DNA of 64,000 nt from Candidatus Methanomethylophilaceae archaeon (GTDB taxonomy: Archaea > Thermoplasmatota > Thermoplasmata > Methanomassiliicoccales > Methanomethylophilaceae): assembly GCA_944320495.1 (NCBI GenBank), contig CALUHR010000008.1:32001-96000 (forward strand). The letters are read 5' to 3'. The translations under genes and the position numbers were made by a program. Positions 1-10,014 of the stretch are shown here, piece by piece. The stretch's first letter is position 1. Every line of letters starts with the position of its first letter. Under the pieces are notes generated by a model that saw only the letters and a program-made list of their open reading frames with translations, was not told the origin of the DNA and made no database searches.

Positions 1-975
1 CTCGCTGAGGACCATGAGGGCCATCATGAGCTGTGAGGCGTTGGTGTCCTGGAATTCATCGATCATGACGTACCTGTAGGAGTTCATCTGCCTGACGCGC
101 GTGTTTCCGTATATGATGGAGAACGCGAGCATGGCGTTGACCCCGAAGGTCAGGCGGTCGTCCCTGATGCATCTGCGGATGTACTCCCAGTAGACGTCGT
201 GGATGAAGAGGATGAGGTCCGAGCGGTCCTCGTTCACCGCGGAAACTAGGACGGAATCCTCGACGGTGGACTCGCCTATCCTGGCGGGGAGCGGGTCGTA
301 CTCGTTGACATCCAGATCCTTGGAGAACGCCTTCAGGACGTCGGACTTCCTCTGCTTGGGCCTCAGCTCGTTCATGTCGCGGAGCGTGGCGAGCAGCCCG
401 GCGGTGTCGCCATCCAGCACATTGTCCTCGTTGCCGAACCATCCGCCCTTGGTGGGGTAGATCCCGCGGGACATCAGGCGGTTGATGAGCTCGTAGACAT
501 CCCTCTGGTTCTGGCTGGATATGGTCGCCCATTCCCCGTAGTCCTCGCCGCGGGCCTCCAGGAAGGAGTCCAGGAATGTGGAGAAGTGCACCCTGTTCAG
601 GGTCTCGTTCTCCTCCATCCTCACGGAATGGGAGAGCTTGTCGTCGATTCCGAAAAGGGAACCGGCGTTCTCCGGGGATTCCATCACTATCGATGTGCAG
701 AACGCATCGAACGTCTTCACCTGGACGAGCTTGGAATCCTCCATCATGCCGTTGGCGGCCATCTCGCCCTTGATGCGCTCCTCCATCTCGTTGGCGGCGT
801 TGCGTGTGAATGTCAGCATGAGGACGTCCATCGGCCCGACATCCTCTCTGGACACGAGGTTCAGGTACCTCCTGACGATGGTGTGCGTCTTCCCCGTGCC
901 GGGTCCGGCGTCGACGACCATCATGCCGTCGAGGGTTTCGGCTATGCGTCTCTGCGACTCGTTTAGCTCACTCAT
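1..975 (-). CDS. UvrD/AddA-like SF1A helicase, N-terminal part (runs off the window start)
   Basis: My translation from ATG at 975 gives MSELNESQRRIAETLDGMMVVDAGPGTGKT (Walker A), TFTRNAA and YVMIDEFQDTN (Walker B). The start overlaps the stop of the upstream nuclease (ATGAGTGA). Absent from the ORF track because it is open-ended. Confidence 0.93.
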   Translation of the reverse strand, partial: MSELNESQRRIAETLDGMMVVDAGPGTGKTHTIVRRYLNLVSREDVGPMDVLMLTFTRNAANEMEERIKGEMAANGMMEDSKLVQVKTFDAFCTSIVMESPENAGSLFGIDDKLSHSVRMEENETLNRVHFSTFLDSFLEARGEDYGEWATISSQNQRDVYELINRLMSRGIYPTKGGWFGNEDNVLDGDTAGLLATLRDMNELRPKQRKSDVLKAFSKDLDVNEYDPLPARIGESTVEDSVLVSAVNEDRSDLILFIHDVYWEYIRRCIRDDRLTFGVNAMLAFSIIYGNTRVRQMNSYRYVMIDEFQDTNASQLMMALMVLSE

Positions 976-3631
976 CGGCATCATCCTCCCCGTCGGCGGA
1001 GGCACCGAGGAGTATGGCCCGGGTGCACACCTGGAAGTATGGGCATTTGCGGCATCTCACGTTCCCGTTGGGGGCGGCCGGCAGGGATGTCGCCATCTGC
1101 ATGAGCATGGTCTCGTGCATCCTGTCCAGCGCATCGAGGAAGAGCTTCAGGCTACCTCTCGGGACGAGAATGCGCCCGTCGGCGATCACCATCCCGCCGA
1201 TGCAGATGCCCTCGAACTTGCCCAGGACTGTGGCCGCCTCCGAATCATCAGCATCCGGTCCCATGGCCTCGCGTGTGAGGGCGATGAGCTCCGGATTGTC
1301 CTTCCATTCGGAGGGGAGTCCCCTGATGTGGTCCCTTATCGCGGCTATGATCGCATCGGCGCGGTCCTTGTAGTCCTTCTTAATGCTGGCGCGCAGGGCA
1401 TCCACCGTGCGCTTGTCCGAGAGGAATGAGCGGAAGTCCCCGTCCACCAGTTCTATGGTACGGACACTGTCCATTATGTCGTATCCGTCGAAGGAGGACT
1501 CCACATCCCTGTCCATGGCGTAGAACTGGCGGAACACGTTCCTGGTCCCCACAATCTCCTTCGCCAGCCCCAGATAGATCAGCGGCTGGTACTCGGGATA
1601 GAAGGCCACCTTGCCGACGTCCATTGCCTTCGTGATCTCGCTCGGCTTCTTGGCCCTCCCGGTCTTGTAATCGGTGATGACGCCGTCCCAGTAGACGTCG
1701 AAGATCCCGTGCATCGGATGGACGTTGGAGCGATGGTCGGTCTCGCAGGAATCGCTGGTTCTGTCCTCGCCGATGGAGCGGATGAAGCGGTTGTCCCTCT
1801 TGTCCGTGAGAGGCGTGTCCGCATCGGCAAGGATCCCCACGGTGTCGATGTAGGCCATGACGTTGCACATGGCCCTGCGTATCCTGTCCCTGTCGAGCCC
1901 CTCCATAAGGGGCGTGGACAGTCCGGCGTAGCGGTCGGAGATCATGTCGACGAACTCGTCCACACCGCGTTCGCGGACCTCCCGCCCGTAGCAGGCGTAG
2001 AGCTCGGCGAACTCGTGGATGAGGTTCCCGAACTCCGTGTATGTCTCCTCGGGGGTCGGGAGTATCTCGTTGAACAGGTAGCGGCGGGGGCAGGCGGCGT
2101 AGGCGTTGAAGGACGATTTCGAGAACGGACGTCCGAACTCCCCGACGGGATCGACGGTGGCGTAGCCCCTGTCCGGTATCCTCTCCGCGGTCGGTTCCTC
2201 CCATCTGCCCTGAATTATCCTATCGCAGATGTCGGAGAACCTCTCGCATCTCTTCCCCAGAGCGAGGTCGAATGTGAGGCATGGTCTCGCGGGCTTGCCG
2301 TTCTTGCTCGGATTGACGAGGTAGATTCTGCGCTGACCCTGCTGGAGGAGGACCGTCAGGCGCAGGGCGTTGCGCTCCGCCTCGGTCTCGGAGTCGATGT
2401 ACTTCCTCCCCACTACGGGGATGTTCCATTCCTGCTCCATGCCGAGGAATATGACCACGGGCCTGTCGACGAAGACGGAGTTCCGGCAGTCGGCCAGGAG
2501 GACGCCCTTCTTCTCTGAATCTGGGATCTGCTCGTTGTGCTCGAGGCTCTGGACATTGTCCACAGCGAACCGCAGCTCTGAGACGCGGTCCGGTGTGACT
2601 GTGAGGCCTTCCATGCCGAGTTCCTGGAGAAGCATCGTTATGAGAGGCCGGTTCTTCGATTCGAACAGAACGTCGCGGACCTCGCCGAAGGTCATCCCCT
2701 TCTCGACGATGCGCCACATAGTGTCCTTGAGGTCGGCGGTCCTCTCGCCGAGGGAGTCTTCGGCCTGCTTCTCCAAGAGGAACGATTCGATCCCGCTGCG
2801 GAAGCTCCCGCCGAAGGTGGAGAACATCTCCTTCACCTCCCTCACCCTCACGGTCCTGTAGCGGAAAGCCAGACCGAGGAAGCCGAGGAAGTCGCGAACG
2901 CGATTGAGGTCCCTCATATTGAGGCTGTTGATGAATCCTATCTCGCGGCGGTAGAGGGCCGCGCGCACGGCGTCAGCGATGGGAGCGGTGGCGTTCAGGA
3001 CGATGGCGTAATCCTCCGCCCTGGCGGGATCGATGAGCCCGGCGGCGTTCTCCGCTAGCTGGCGGTCGTTCCCGACCTCGTTGATGGTCTCGATGCGGAA
3101 CTCGTCGTCGGTGAACATGTCGATGTCATCGAAGTCCATCGGGAGGAAGTGTTTGTCCAGATCATCGAAGAGGTCGACCCCGATGACGGCGACGCCGTCC
3201 GCCCTCTGGAAGAACCATTCGAAGCGGGGGTCGTCGGGGTCGAACACGCCCATCGAGGCCTCGAGGGTCGGGTGATGGATGTAGGATTCGTAGATGAGAC
3301 GGGAGTTCCTGGTGGTTATGTAGTCGCCGACGTCCTTCGTGTGGCGGCGGATCTCCCTGAAGTTCTGGATGTCGCCATAGACGTGCCTGAAGCTCAGCTG
3401 GGTCTCATCGGAGACCTTGGATATGAGCTCGAGATCGGACAGGAACGGCTTCCCAAGGGCGAGAGGTCCGAGGAGCAGGGCGATGTGCCTGGGCGTCATG
3501 GCCAGGGGGCCGATGCGTGGCGTGTCTATCCTCGCGTTCAGAGCGGTCTCCAACGGCGCGTCATTCGTTATGACGAGTCCGTAGTCTCTGACCTCCTCGT
3601 ACAGTTCGTCGATGGTCTTGAGTCTCCTCAT
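968..3631 (-). CDS. AddB-like PD-(D/E)XK nuclease with degenerate helicase region and Fe-S staple cysteines
   Basis: SKSSFNAYAACPRRYL, GIFDV..ITDYKTG nuclease motifs and C-terminal CRKCPYFQVC. Start placed at MRRLKT (3631); the track starts at 3655. Ends TGA. Confidence 0.85.
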   Translation of the reverse strand: MRRLKTIDELYEEVRDYGLVITNDAPLETALNARIDTPRIGPLAMTPRHIALLLGPLALGKPFLSDLELISKVSDETQLSFRHVYGDIQNFREIRRHTKDVGDYITTRNSRLIYESYIHHPTLEASMGVFDPDDPRFEWFFQRADGVAVIGVDLFDDLDKHFLPMDFDDIDMFTDDEFRIETINEVGNDRQLAENAAGLIDPARAEDYAIVLNATAPIADAVRAALYRREIGFINSLNMRDLNRVRDFLGFLGLAFRYRTVRVREVKEMFSTFGGSFRSGIESFLLEKQAEDSLGERTADLKDTMWRIVEKGMTFGEVRDVLFESKNRPLITMLLQELGMEGLTVTPDRVSELRFAVDNVQSLEHNEQIPDSEKKGVLLADCRNSVFVDRPVVIFLGMEQEWNIPVVGRKYIDSETEAERNALRLTVLLQQGQRRIYLVNPSKNGKPARPCLTFDLALGKRCERFSDICDRIIQGRWEEPTAERIPDRGYATVDPVGEFGRPFSKSSFNAYAACPRRYLFNEILPTPEETYTEFGNLIHEFAELYACYGREVRERGVDEFVDMISDRYAGLSTPLMEGLDRDRIRRAMCNVMAYIDTVGILADADTPLTDKRDNRFIRSIGEDRTSDSCETDHRSNVHPMHGIFDVYWDGVITDYKTGRAKKPSEITKAMDVGKVAFYPEYQPLIYLGLAKEIVGTRNVFRQFYAMDRDVESSFDGYDIMDSVRTIELVDGDFRSFLSDKRTVDALRASIKKDYKDRADAIIAAIRDHIRGLPSEWKDNPELIALTREAMGPDADDSEAATVLGKFEGICIGGMVIADGRILVPRGSLKLFLDALDRMHETMLMQMATSLPAAPNGNVRCRKCPYFQVCTRAILLGASADGEDDADE

Positions 3632-3733
3632 CGTCCCTTCCCTCTTCACGGACATATCCGCAGGAGGTTTATGAACTGCTGGCTGTTATCCGTATAGTCC
3701 CTGTTATTCAGGACACGTTGGGAGGGTGCTGAA

Positions 3734-4285
3734 ATGGATGACGTGTACGTGGTCGAGGTCGCCGTGACGGGTCCCAGGGGTGCTCCGAAGGACCGCGTGG
3801 CGGAGGTGGCGGTATGCAGGGTCCTCTCGGACGGCTCGGACTTCGAGACCGTGTACAACGATGCGGTGGCCCTGGACCCCCTGGATCTGGGGAAGGGACC
3901 TCTGGATTACATGGAGGCGAACTACAGCATAACGCCCGAGGACCTCTATGCCGGGAGCCCGGAAGGACGCGTGGTGTCTGACCTCCAGGAAGCGATTTTC
4001 GGGAAGGAGTGCACATCATACAACGTGGGGAACGTGTTCGGCAAGCACCTCAGCTTCGAGCCCTGGGACGCCACCAGGAACCTCACGCTCCTCCCATCTC
4101 TCTCTGTGAGGCTCCCCGGCGATCTGCGCGGACCGCCAGAGCAGGAGCACATCCTCATCAGGCGTGCGTACGACTCCATCTGCCCCGGGGACCCGGCCGG
4201 TGTCGGTGAAGGGAACCACGCGATAGACCTTGCGCAGATGGCGGCTTCGGTCGCCTCCGTCTTGCGTAGGGAGGGCATCTTCCGA
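3734..4285 (+). CDS. Hypothetical protein resembling a degenerate DEDDh 3'-5' exonuclease fold; ends at CGA
   Basis: VVEVAVTG...VAEVAV resembles Exo I and HAIDLA resembles Exo III. In-frame CGA at 4283-4285 follows REGIF; the track extends it into AT-rich spacer to 4354. Confidence 0.6.
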
Positions 4286-4376
4286 CAATGTTTCAACACT
4301 CGATATTTTGTAGGTTGTCTATACAAATCAGGATCTTCCACTTCAAAACTATAATTTTTTCCAAGATACCTGGTGT

Positions 4377-4802
4377 TCAAAACGGACCTACGCCATGAAA
4401 CCTGAACACCATGTCGTCCAGGGATGCGAGTGCCAGGCATCCCAGGAAGAGCAGGACGTACATTATCCAGCAGGGTACCGCGAAAACTATCGTGAAGATG
4501 CCGAACGTTAGGAAGACGGCGGCCACGAAGAACAGTAGACCCAGGAGCAGGGCGATGTAGCCCCTCTTCTGTCTCGGGTTCCTGTAGATGAGGCCCAAGC
4601 CGAGGAGACCGACGAACGCCGGGATGACCGACAGGAGTATTGCGACCTTGCGGCTTCCGCTCCTCCTCTGCCTCTTCTGGTATCCTCCGGACCTGTCGCG
4701 GACCGGCTCCGGCTCGACGGGGATCTTCTTATAGCATTTGGGGCAGGTCACGCTGTTGGATGGTACCAGCTCGCCGCAGTACGGACAGCGCCTGTCGGCC
4801 AT
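4377..4802 (-). CDS. Zinc-ribbon membrane protein
   Basis: N-terminal CPYC...CPKC followed by hydrophobic TM segments; ATG at 4802 directly after the thioesterase stop. Confidence 0.75.
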   Translation of the reverse strand: MADRRCPYCGELVPSNSVTCPKCYKKIPVEPEPVRDRSGGYQKRQRRSGSRKVAILLSVIPAFVGLLGLGLIYRNPRQKRGYIALLLGLLFFVAAVFLTFGIFTIVFAVPCWIMYVLLFLGCLALASLDDMVFRFHGVGPF

Positions 4803-4803
4803 G

Positions 4804-5235
4804 TTACTCACCCTTCAGGACGAACGAGGTGCATACGGCCGATGCGATAAGCTTTCCCTCCTCGCTATAGGCGCGCACGTCGTAGACCTCCAGGGACCTG
4901 GAGCGGTTGATCGGGACGCAGACCGCCCTCAGTCTTCCAGACGCGGGGCGGTAGTAGGAGATGTGGGTGTTCTGTCCGGTGCACGGATGATGCATGTTGC
5001 ATGCGATGGCGAAGGTATGATCGATCAGCCCGTACACGGCGCCCCCGTGACCCCTGGCCATGCTGTTCATGAGCTCGGGCCTGATCTCGAGGGAGCACTC
5101 TACGCGATCCGACTCGATAGATTCGATCTCGATGCCGAGGAGTCTGGCGAAGGGAGCACCGTACATGTCCATCACGGCATCTATGCACTGCCTGGTATCC
5201 TCGGACATTCTCACGAGGATCTCGTCCCTGTCCAT
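4804..5235 (-). CDS. PaaI-family hotdog thioesterase
   Basis: NSMARGHGGAVYGLID hotdog motif; 143 aa; ends TAA. Confidence 0.9.
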   Translation of the reverse strand: MDRDEILVRMSEDTRQCIDAVMDMYGAPFARLLGIEIESIESDRVECSLEIRPELMNSMARGHGGAVYGLIDHTFAIACNMHHPCTGQNTHISYYRPASGRLRAVCVPINRSRSLEVYDVRAYSEEGKLIASAVCTSFVLKGE

Positions 5236-5370
5236 GCCGCACCGTAGGGGGATCAGGGCTTAACGGTTGCCACCAGTCGTTCGGGGATGCTGGGATGATG
5301 AGGTCACATATCGGCCGTCCCTCACACAGGGATGGGAGAATGTATAATCGGAGGACGCTTGGGGGTGGCC

Positions 5371-6912
5371 ATGGAGGAGCCCCTCACTGTCACTCAGCTT
5401 AACACGAGAGTCAGGGCCCTGCTCTCCTCGACCCCCGATGTCAGGGACATCTGGGTCAGCGGGGAGATATCCAACCTCACACGCGCATCCTCCGGCCATT
5501 ACTACTTCGTCCTCAAGGACGCGACGGGGGAGGTGCGCTGCGCCCTCTTCGCCCGCGCGAGGTCGAGGGTCGACTTCGAGCCCAGGGAGAACATGAAGGT
5601 CCTCGCCTTCGGAAGCGCCGACCTGTACATCCAGAGGGGTAGCTACCAGTTCATCGTCGAGAACATGCGCCGCTCCGGCATCGGGGAGCTCTACCAGGCG
5701 TATGTGGAGCTGAAGAACAGGCTGGAGGGGGAGGGGCTGTTCGACCCGGCGAGGAAGAAGACCCTTCCGAAGTATCCGAGGAGGATCGGGGTGGTCACCT
5801 CGGAGACGGGGGCGGTCATCCATGATATCATAACGACGTCGGCGAGCAGGTTCCCGGCGGACATCATCCTGGCGCCCGCTCAGGTGCAGGGCGAGGGGGC
5901 TGCAGCCACCATCGTTTCCGGGATCAGGCTCCTGGACCGCTTCGGGGTGGACGTCATCATAGTCGGCAGGGGAGGCGGGTCCCTTGAGGATCTCTGGCCA
6001 TTCAACGAGGAATCGGTCGCCCGCGCGATATTCGAATGCTCCACCCCGATCGTATCCGCCGTCGGACACGAGACCGACTTCACCATCGCCGACTTCGTGG
6101 CGGACGTCCGCGCACCGACACCGACTGGTGCCGCGGCGATAATCCTCCGCGACAGAGCTGAGATACGCTCCCAGCTCAACAGGGACATGGCCAACGCCGA
6201 GAGGGCTCTCCGCTCGGTCCTGGACAGGATGAGGGCGTCCTTCGACGTCCTGGACGCAAGGCTCTCGCCCGAGAGGGCCTCCCGCGACCTCGATCTTAAG
6301 GGCATGTCCCTCGACGACTGGTGGGGGAGGGTGGACCGCTCCGTGAGGTCCGGCCTCTCCGAGAGGGAGCACCGGCTCGCCCTGCTCTCCGCCCGCGTAT
6401 CGGTAGCCGGCGCCTCCCAGGACATCGATTCCCGCAGGAGGGCGTTGGACGACATCGTCGAGAGGATCCGCAGAGCGGTGGCCGACGGGATGGCGAAGCG
6501 CGCGAGCGGTCTCGCCGTCCTAGATGCGAGGGTGTCGCCCGTGGCAGCTGTCAGGGACATTGAGAGCCGCAGGACCCGCCTGGAGGCAACATACGGCCGC
6601 GCATCTCCCGTGGACGCGGCCAGGGACCTGAGGGACCACAGGGCGAGGCTGGATTCGCTGTTCGCGAGAGCCTCTTCCGCATCGCTCGAGACCTACAGAT
6701 CATCATCATCGAGGCTCGAATCCGCATCCGCGGGCCTCGCATCGCTCAACCCCACGAGGGTCATGGAACGCGGATACGGGATAATCCTCAGACCGGACGG
6801 TCAGGTCCTGACATCGGTGTCGGACATGCTCGTCGGCGAGAAGATCGACATACGTCTGAGGGACGGTACCGCCAGGGCGGCGGTCAGAGAGATAACGGAG
6901 GACAGGGAATGA
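5371..6912 (+). CDS. xseA: Exodeoxyribonuclease VII large subunit
   Basis: OB-fold GEISN..SGHYYF, RIGVVTSETGA, IIVGRGGGSLEDLW, SAVGHETD, APTPTGAA, LNPTRVMERGY. Confidence 0.96.
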   Translation: MEEPLTVTQLNTRVRALLSSTPDVRDIWVSGEISNLTRASSGHYYFVLKDATGEVRCALFARARSRVDFEPRENMKVLAFGSADLYIQRGSYQFIVENMRRSGIGELYQAYVELKNRLEGEGLFDPARKKTLPKYPRRIGVVTSETGAVIHDIITTSASRFPADIILAPAQVQGEGAAATIVSGIRLLDRFGVDVIIVGRGGGSLEDLWPFNEESVARAIFECSTPIVSAVGHETDFTIADFVADVRAPTPTGAAAIILRDRAEIRSQLNRDMANAERALRSVLDRMRASFDVLDARLSPERASRDLDLKGMSLDDWWGRVDRSVRSGLSEREHRLALLSARVSVAGASQDIDSRRRALDDIVERIRRAVADGMAKRASGLAVLDARVSPVAAVRDIESRRTRLEATYGRASPVDAARDLRDHRARLDSLFARASSASLETYRSSSSRLESASAGLASLNPTRVMERGYGIILRPDGQVLTSVSDMLVGEKIDIRLRDGTARAAVREITEDRE

Positions 6913-7160
6913 CGGACATGGAGCAGTACAGGGCCGAGGTCGCAGAGATGACCTTCGAGAAGAGCATGGAGGAGCTGGAGAGGCTCGTCGATGAGCTCGA
7001 GCAGGGAGGCGTCGACCTCGACAGGAGCCTGGAGATCTACGAGAGGGCGGTGGTCCTGAGGGACCACTGCAGGGCCATCCTCGATGACGGCCAGCGCCGT
7101 ATCCAGAAGATCATGGAGACAGCCGACGGCGTCAGGACAGAGGACCTCAGGGTTGAGTGA
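6909..7160 (+). CDS. xseB: Exodeoxyribonuclease VII small subunit
   Basis: TFEKSMEELERLVDELEQG..LDRSLEIYERA; ATGA overlap with xseA. Confidence 0.95.
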   Translation: MTDMEQYRAEVAEMTFEKSMEELERLVDELEQGGVDLDRSLEIYERAVVLRDHCRAILDDGQRRIQKIMETADGVRTEDLRVE

Positions 7161-8010
7161 GCCTCCAGAGCGGGATTCCCGCCTCGTCGGCCCATTCGGT
7201 GGTGTCCGCGTAGAGCCTGGTGGAGCGGAAGCACTCGTCAGAGAACGCCAGTCTGAGGGCGCCGCCGAGGGACCCCTCGTCCAGCCCGGACGCGTTGAAC
7301 CCTCCGAATGAGCGCTTCAGGCCGATAAGCAGTATGGAGATCGTGTCGTGACCGCGTGCGGCCTCCCACATGTCGTCGAGCTGCTCGGCCTCGTCGTTGA
7401 GGATCCTAAGGAGCTCCTTCCTGCCGATCCTGGCCGAGCGGGAGTTGTCCAGCACCTCGGACACCATCTGGCGGGCGTCGAGGGCCATGCTGGCAGGGTT
7501 GATGAAGCGGTTGAAAGTGAGATTCTTGAAGCTCAGGTTGAGCCCCCTCTCCTGCGATATGAACATCAACAGGCCGATCGGATAGCTGGACGAAACCAGC
7601 GCATCCCTTATCGGGCCGAACCTCTCCTCGAAGCGGTCCACCTTCTCCGGGTCGCCATACTCGCTTATGACGTCATCCAGGGCGTTGCTCCTGATCGCCA
7701 TCATCTCCATGTCGCGGCAGTCGGTGTGGAAGAGTGGGGGCCTGGCGTGGCGACCGCGGAGGCGCTCCAGGTCGGGGTCCATGATCCCGAGCGTCTTCCG
7801 GTCCCTCCTGCGACCGGACATCTCCTTCACAACGCCACGGACGTTGTCCTTGGAGTGCGCGATCACGATGCTGACCTCGCCGCGGTCGACGAATTTGCCG
7901 AAAAGCCTGCTGTCGGTTATGCCCTCGACGATCAGGAACGCACCGTCGAACACGGTGCGCTCCATGCTGAGCTCGTTGCAGATGTCCTCGGTCGTCAGGA
8001 ACTCGCGCAT
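7147..8010 (-). CDS. DUF4435-like TOPRIM-domain protein (AriB-like)
   Basis: LIVEGITD and IMDPD TOPRIM-type acidic motifs; directly downstream of an ABC-type ATPase. Confidence 0.75.
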   Translation of the reverse strand: MREFLTTEDICNELSMERTVFDGAFLIVEGITDSRLFGKFVDRGEVSIVIAHSKDNVRGVVKEMSGRRRDRKTLGIMDPDLERLRGRHARPPLFHTDCRDMEMMAIRSNALDDVISEYGDPEKVDRFEERFGPIRDALVSSSYPIGLLMFISQERGLNLSFKNLTFNRFINPASMALDARQMVSEVLDNSRSARIGRKELLRILNDEAEQLDDMWEAARGHDTISILLIGLKRSFGGFNASGLDEGSLGGALRLAFSDECFRSTRLYADTTEWADEAGIPLWRLTQP

Positions 8011-9043
8011 TGGTAGGCCTCAGCTCCCTGGCCATGTCCCACTTGTCGTGGATGATCTGGGGCGAATGCGTGGCGACGATCATCTGGATGTCGCGTACCC
8101 TGCAGATGTCGAGAAGATAGTCCCCGAGCTTCTGCTGCCAGCAGACGTGGAGGGATATCTCCGGTTCGTCGATGATGACGATGGAGCCCTGGGGGGCGTG
8201 GAAGAGCAGAGCGTAGAACATGATGAGGATCTGCTTCTCTCCTGACGAGAGCTTCTGCAGCTGGAGAACGGTGCCATTGTTCATCGCCACCCCGATCCTG
8301 CCGGTGTCCGAGACGGTTACGGACTTGTTGAGGAAAATGTCGTTGACGATGTCTTTGAAGATGATGACGGACTCGGCGAGGATGTAATCCTTCTCGACAT
8401 AGTCGGCGAGGGAGCTGGCCAGCTCCTCGTATCCCTTGCGGTCCTTGGCAATCTCGTACCTGGACGGAGGGAACTTCTTGCCTGCTGGTATGTCGGGTTC
8501 GAAACCCGCGTCCCTGATAAAGTCGAGCTTGGCCTTGAGGTCCTTGCACCAGAACTCCAGGTCGCCGTCGGACATCTCCGACACGCCCTCCCTGAGCACC
8601 GGCTCGAGCTCCCTGTGCTCCCTCGCATAGCGGATGCGGTCCGCCAGCTCCTGGGCGTACACCTCGAGGGTGGGGGCCAGATGCCCGTCGCCCCTCTTGA
8701 TGGCTAACCTCTCCGGCGGGACGTAGAGCGTCTCGACGATGGAGGCCATGTCGGAGGGAGTCAGGTCCGTGTCGACGTCGCTCTTCCTCATGAGCACGAG
8801 CATCTCACCCTGGTAGTTCTGGATGACAAGGTCCTCGTCGTCGTCGAAGAGGATGTCAAACCTGGAGAACGGGGTCCCGCGGAGGTAGTCCACATCGCCG
8901 CGGAGGGCGGCGTAGATCATCCTCATCAGAGTACTCTTCCCAAGACCATTTGGGGAGTGCAGGAACGTGAGCGGCTGACCCATATCGAGGGCGAAGTCAT
9001 ACTCGTTGAAGAGCTTCGAGACATAGACTGACTTTATCTTCAT
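8003..9043 (-). CDS. AAA_21/ABC-type ATPase (AriA-like); ends at CGA
   Basis: Walker A HSPNGLGKS, signature LSSGEKQ, Walker B IIDEPE, H-loop ATHSP. CGA at 8005-8003 gives 346 aa and an 8-nt ATGCGCGA overlap with the next start; the track reads on to 7673. Confidence 0.85.
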
Positions 9044-9168
9044 GGGCGTCCTGAAAATGGCCCTATCAGATAGAAGAAGGTTTCAGTGAGCCGGGGGCGT
9101 CTGGCATCCGGTGCCTGACTGTCGGAGTTAAGAAACCTATTAATCGGGTCCGCCAATCAACCGGGACG

Positions 9169-10002
9169 ATGGACGCCGACAAGACCTTCGAAGAGATACG
9201 CTCGCTCATATCGCAGGGCAGGAACGAAGAGGCCGTGGAGCTCACGGGGGAGCTCGCCGAGAGCTCGTCCGACCCCATGGTCGGGATCAAATGCCTCTCC
9301 CTTCTGAAGGTCGTCGGCGAGACCGAGAGGTCCAAGCCCATAGTCTCGAAGGTCGCATCCAATCTGCCAGATGACCCCCAGATGAGGATCCAGATTGCGG
9401 GTGCCCTCCGCGGGCTCGAATATCCGTCCACTGCCTACGGCATCCTTAAGGCCATGGACCAGGACGATACGGTCAGGAGGCTCTCGTGCATGTGCCTCGA
9501 GGACATGGAGGAGTACGAGCTCGCCCTGGATGCGGTGACCTCGATATCGCAGCTCCTTCCCTTCGACCGCGTCATGCTCACGGAAGTCAACAGCGCGTTG
9601 GGCAACCACAAGGAGGCCGTCAGGGTGTCCGAGGATCTCCTCCGCGAGTACCCGGACGATTTCGACGTCCGCAGGTCCTACGTCTCGGCACTCCTCCTGG
9701 CCGGAAGGGACAAGGAGGCCGTCAAGTTCGCCCGCGGATGCCTCAAGGAGAAGACCGCAGGTTCCAACGCCCTGGTGGCCTACGTCATGCGCATCCTGGG
9801 CAACACCAAGGCCGCGGCCGGATATGCCACCCGCGCGATCAACATGGATCCCAAGAACGTCAGCGCCATGGAGACCCTGGGCATATGCCTTGCCGAGAAG
9901 GGCGAGTACGACAAGGCCCGCATCGTGGCAGGGGCCATCAACGAGGCCTCTCCGGGCAGCCGCGCCGCCCTCAACGTCCTTTCCTTCTGCGAGGGGCACT
10001 GA
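9169..10002 (+). CDS. TPR-repeat protein
   Basis: Helical repeats such as AAGYATRAINMDPKNVSAMETLGICLAEKGEYDKA. Confidence 0.75.
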   Translation: MDADKTFEEIRSLISQGRNEEAVELTGELAESSSDPMVGIKCLSLLKVVGETERSKPIVSKVASNLPDDPQMRIQIAGALRGLEYPSTAYGILKAMDQDDTVRRLSCMCLEDMEEYELALDAVTSISQLLPFDRVMLTEVNSALGNHKEAVRVSEDLLREYPDDFDVRRSYVSALLLAGRDKEAVKFARGCLKEKTAGSNALVAYVMRILGNTKAAAGYATRAINMDPKNVSAMETLGICLAEKGEYDKARIVAGAINEASPGSRAALNVLSFCEGH

Positions 10003-10014
10003 CCCCTCCCCAAC

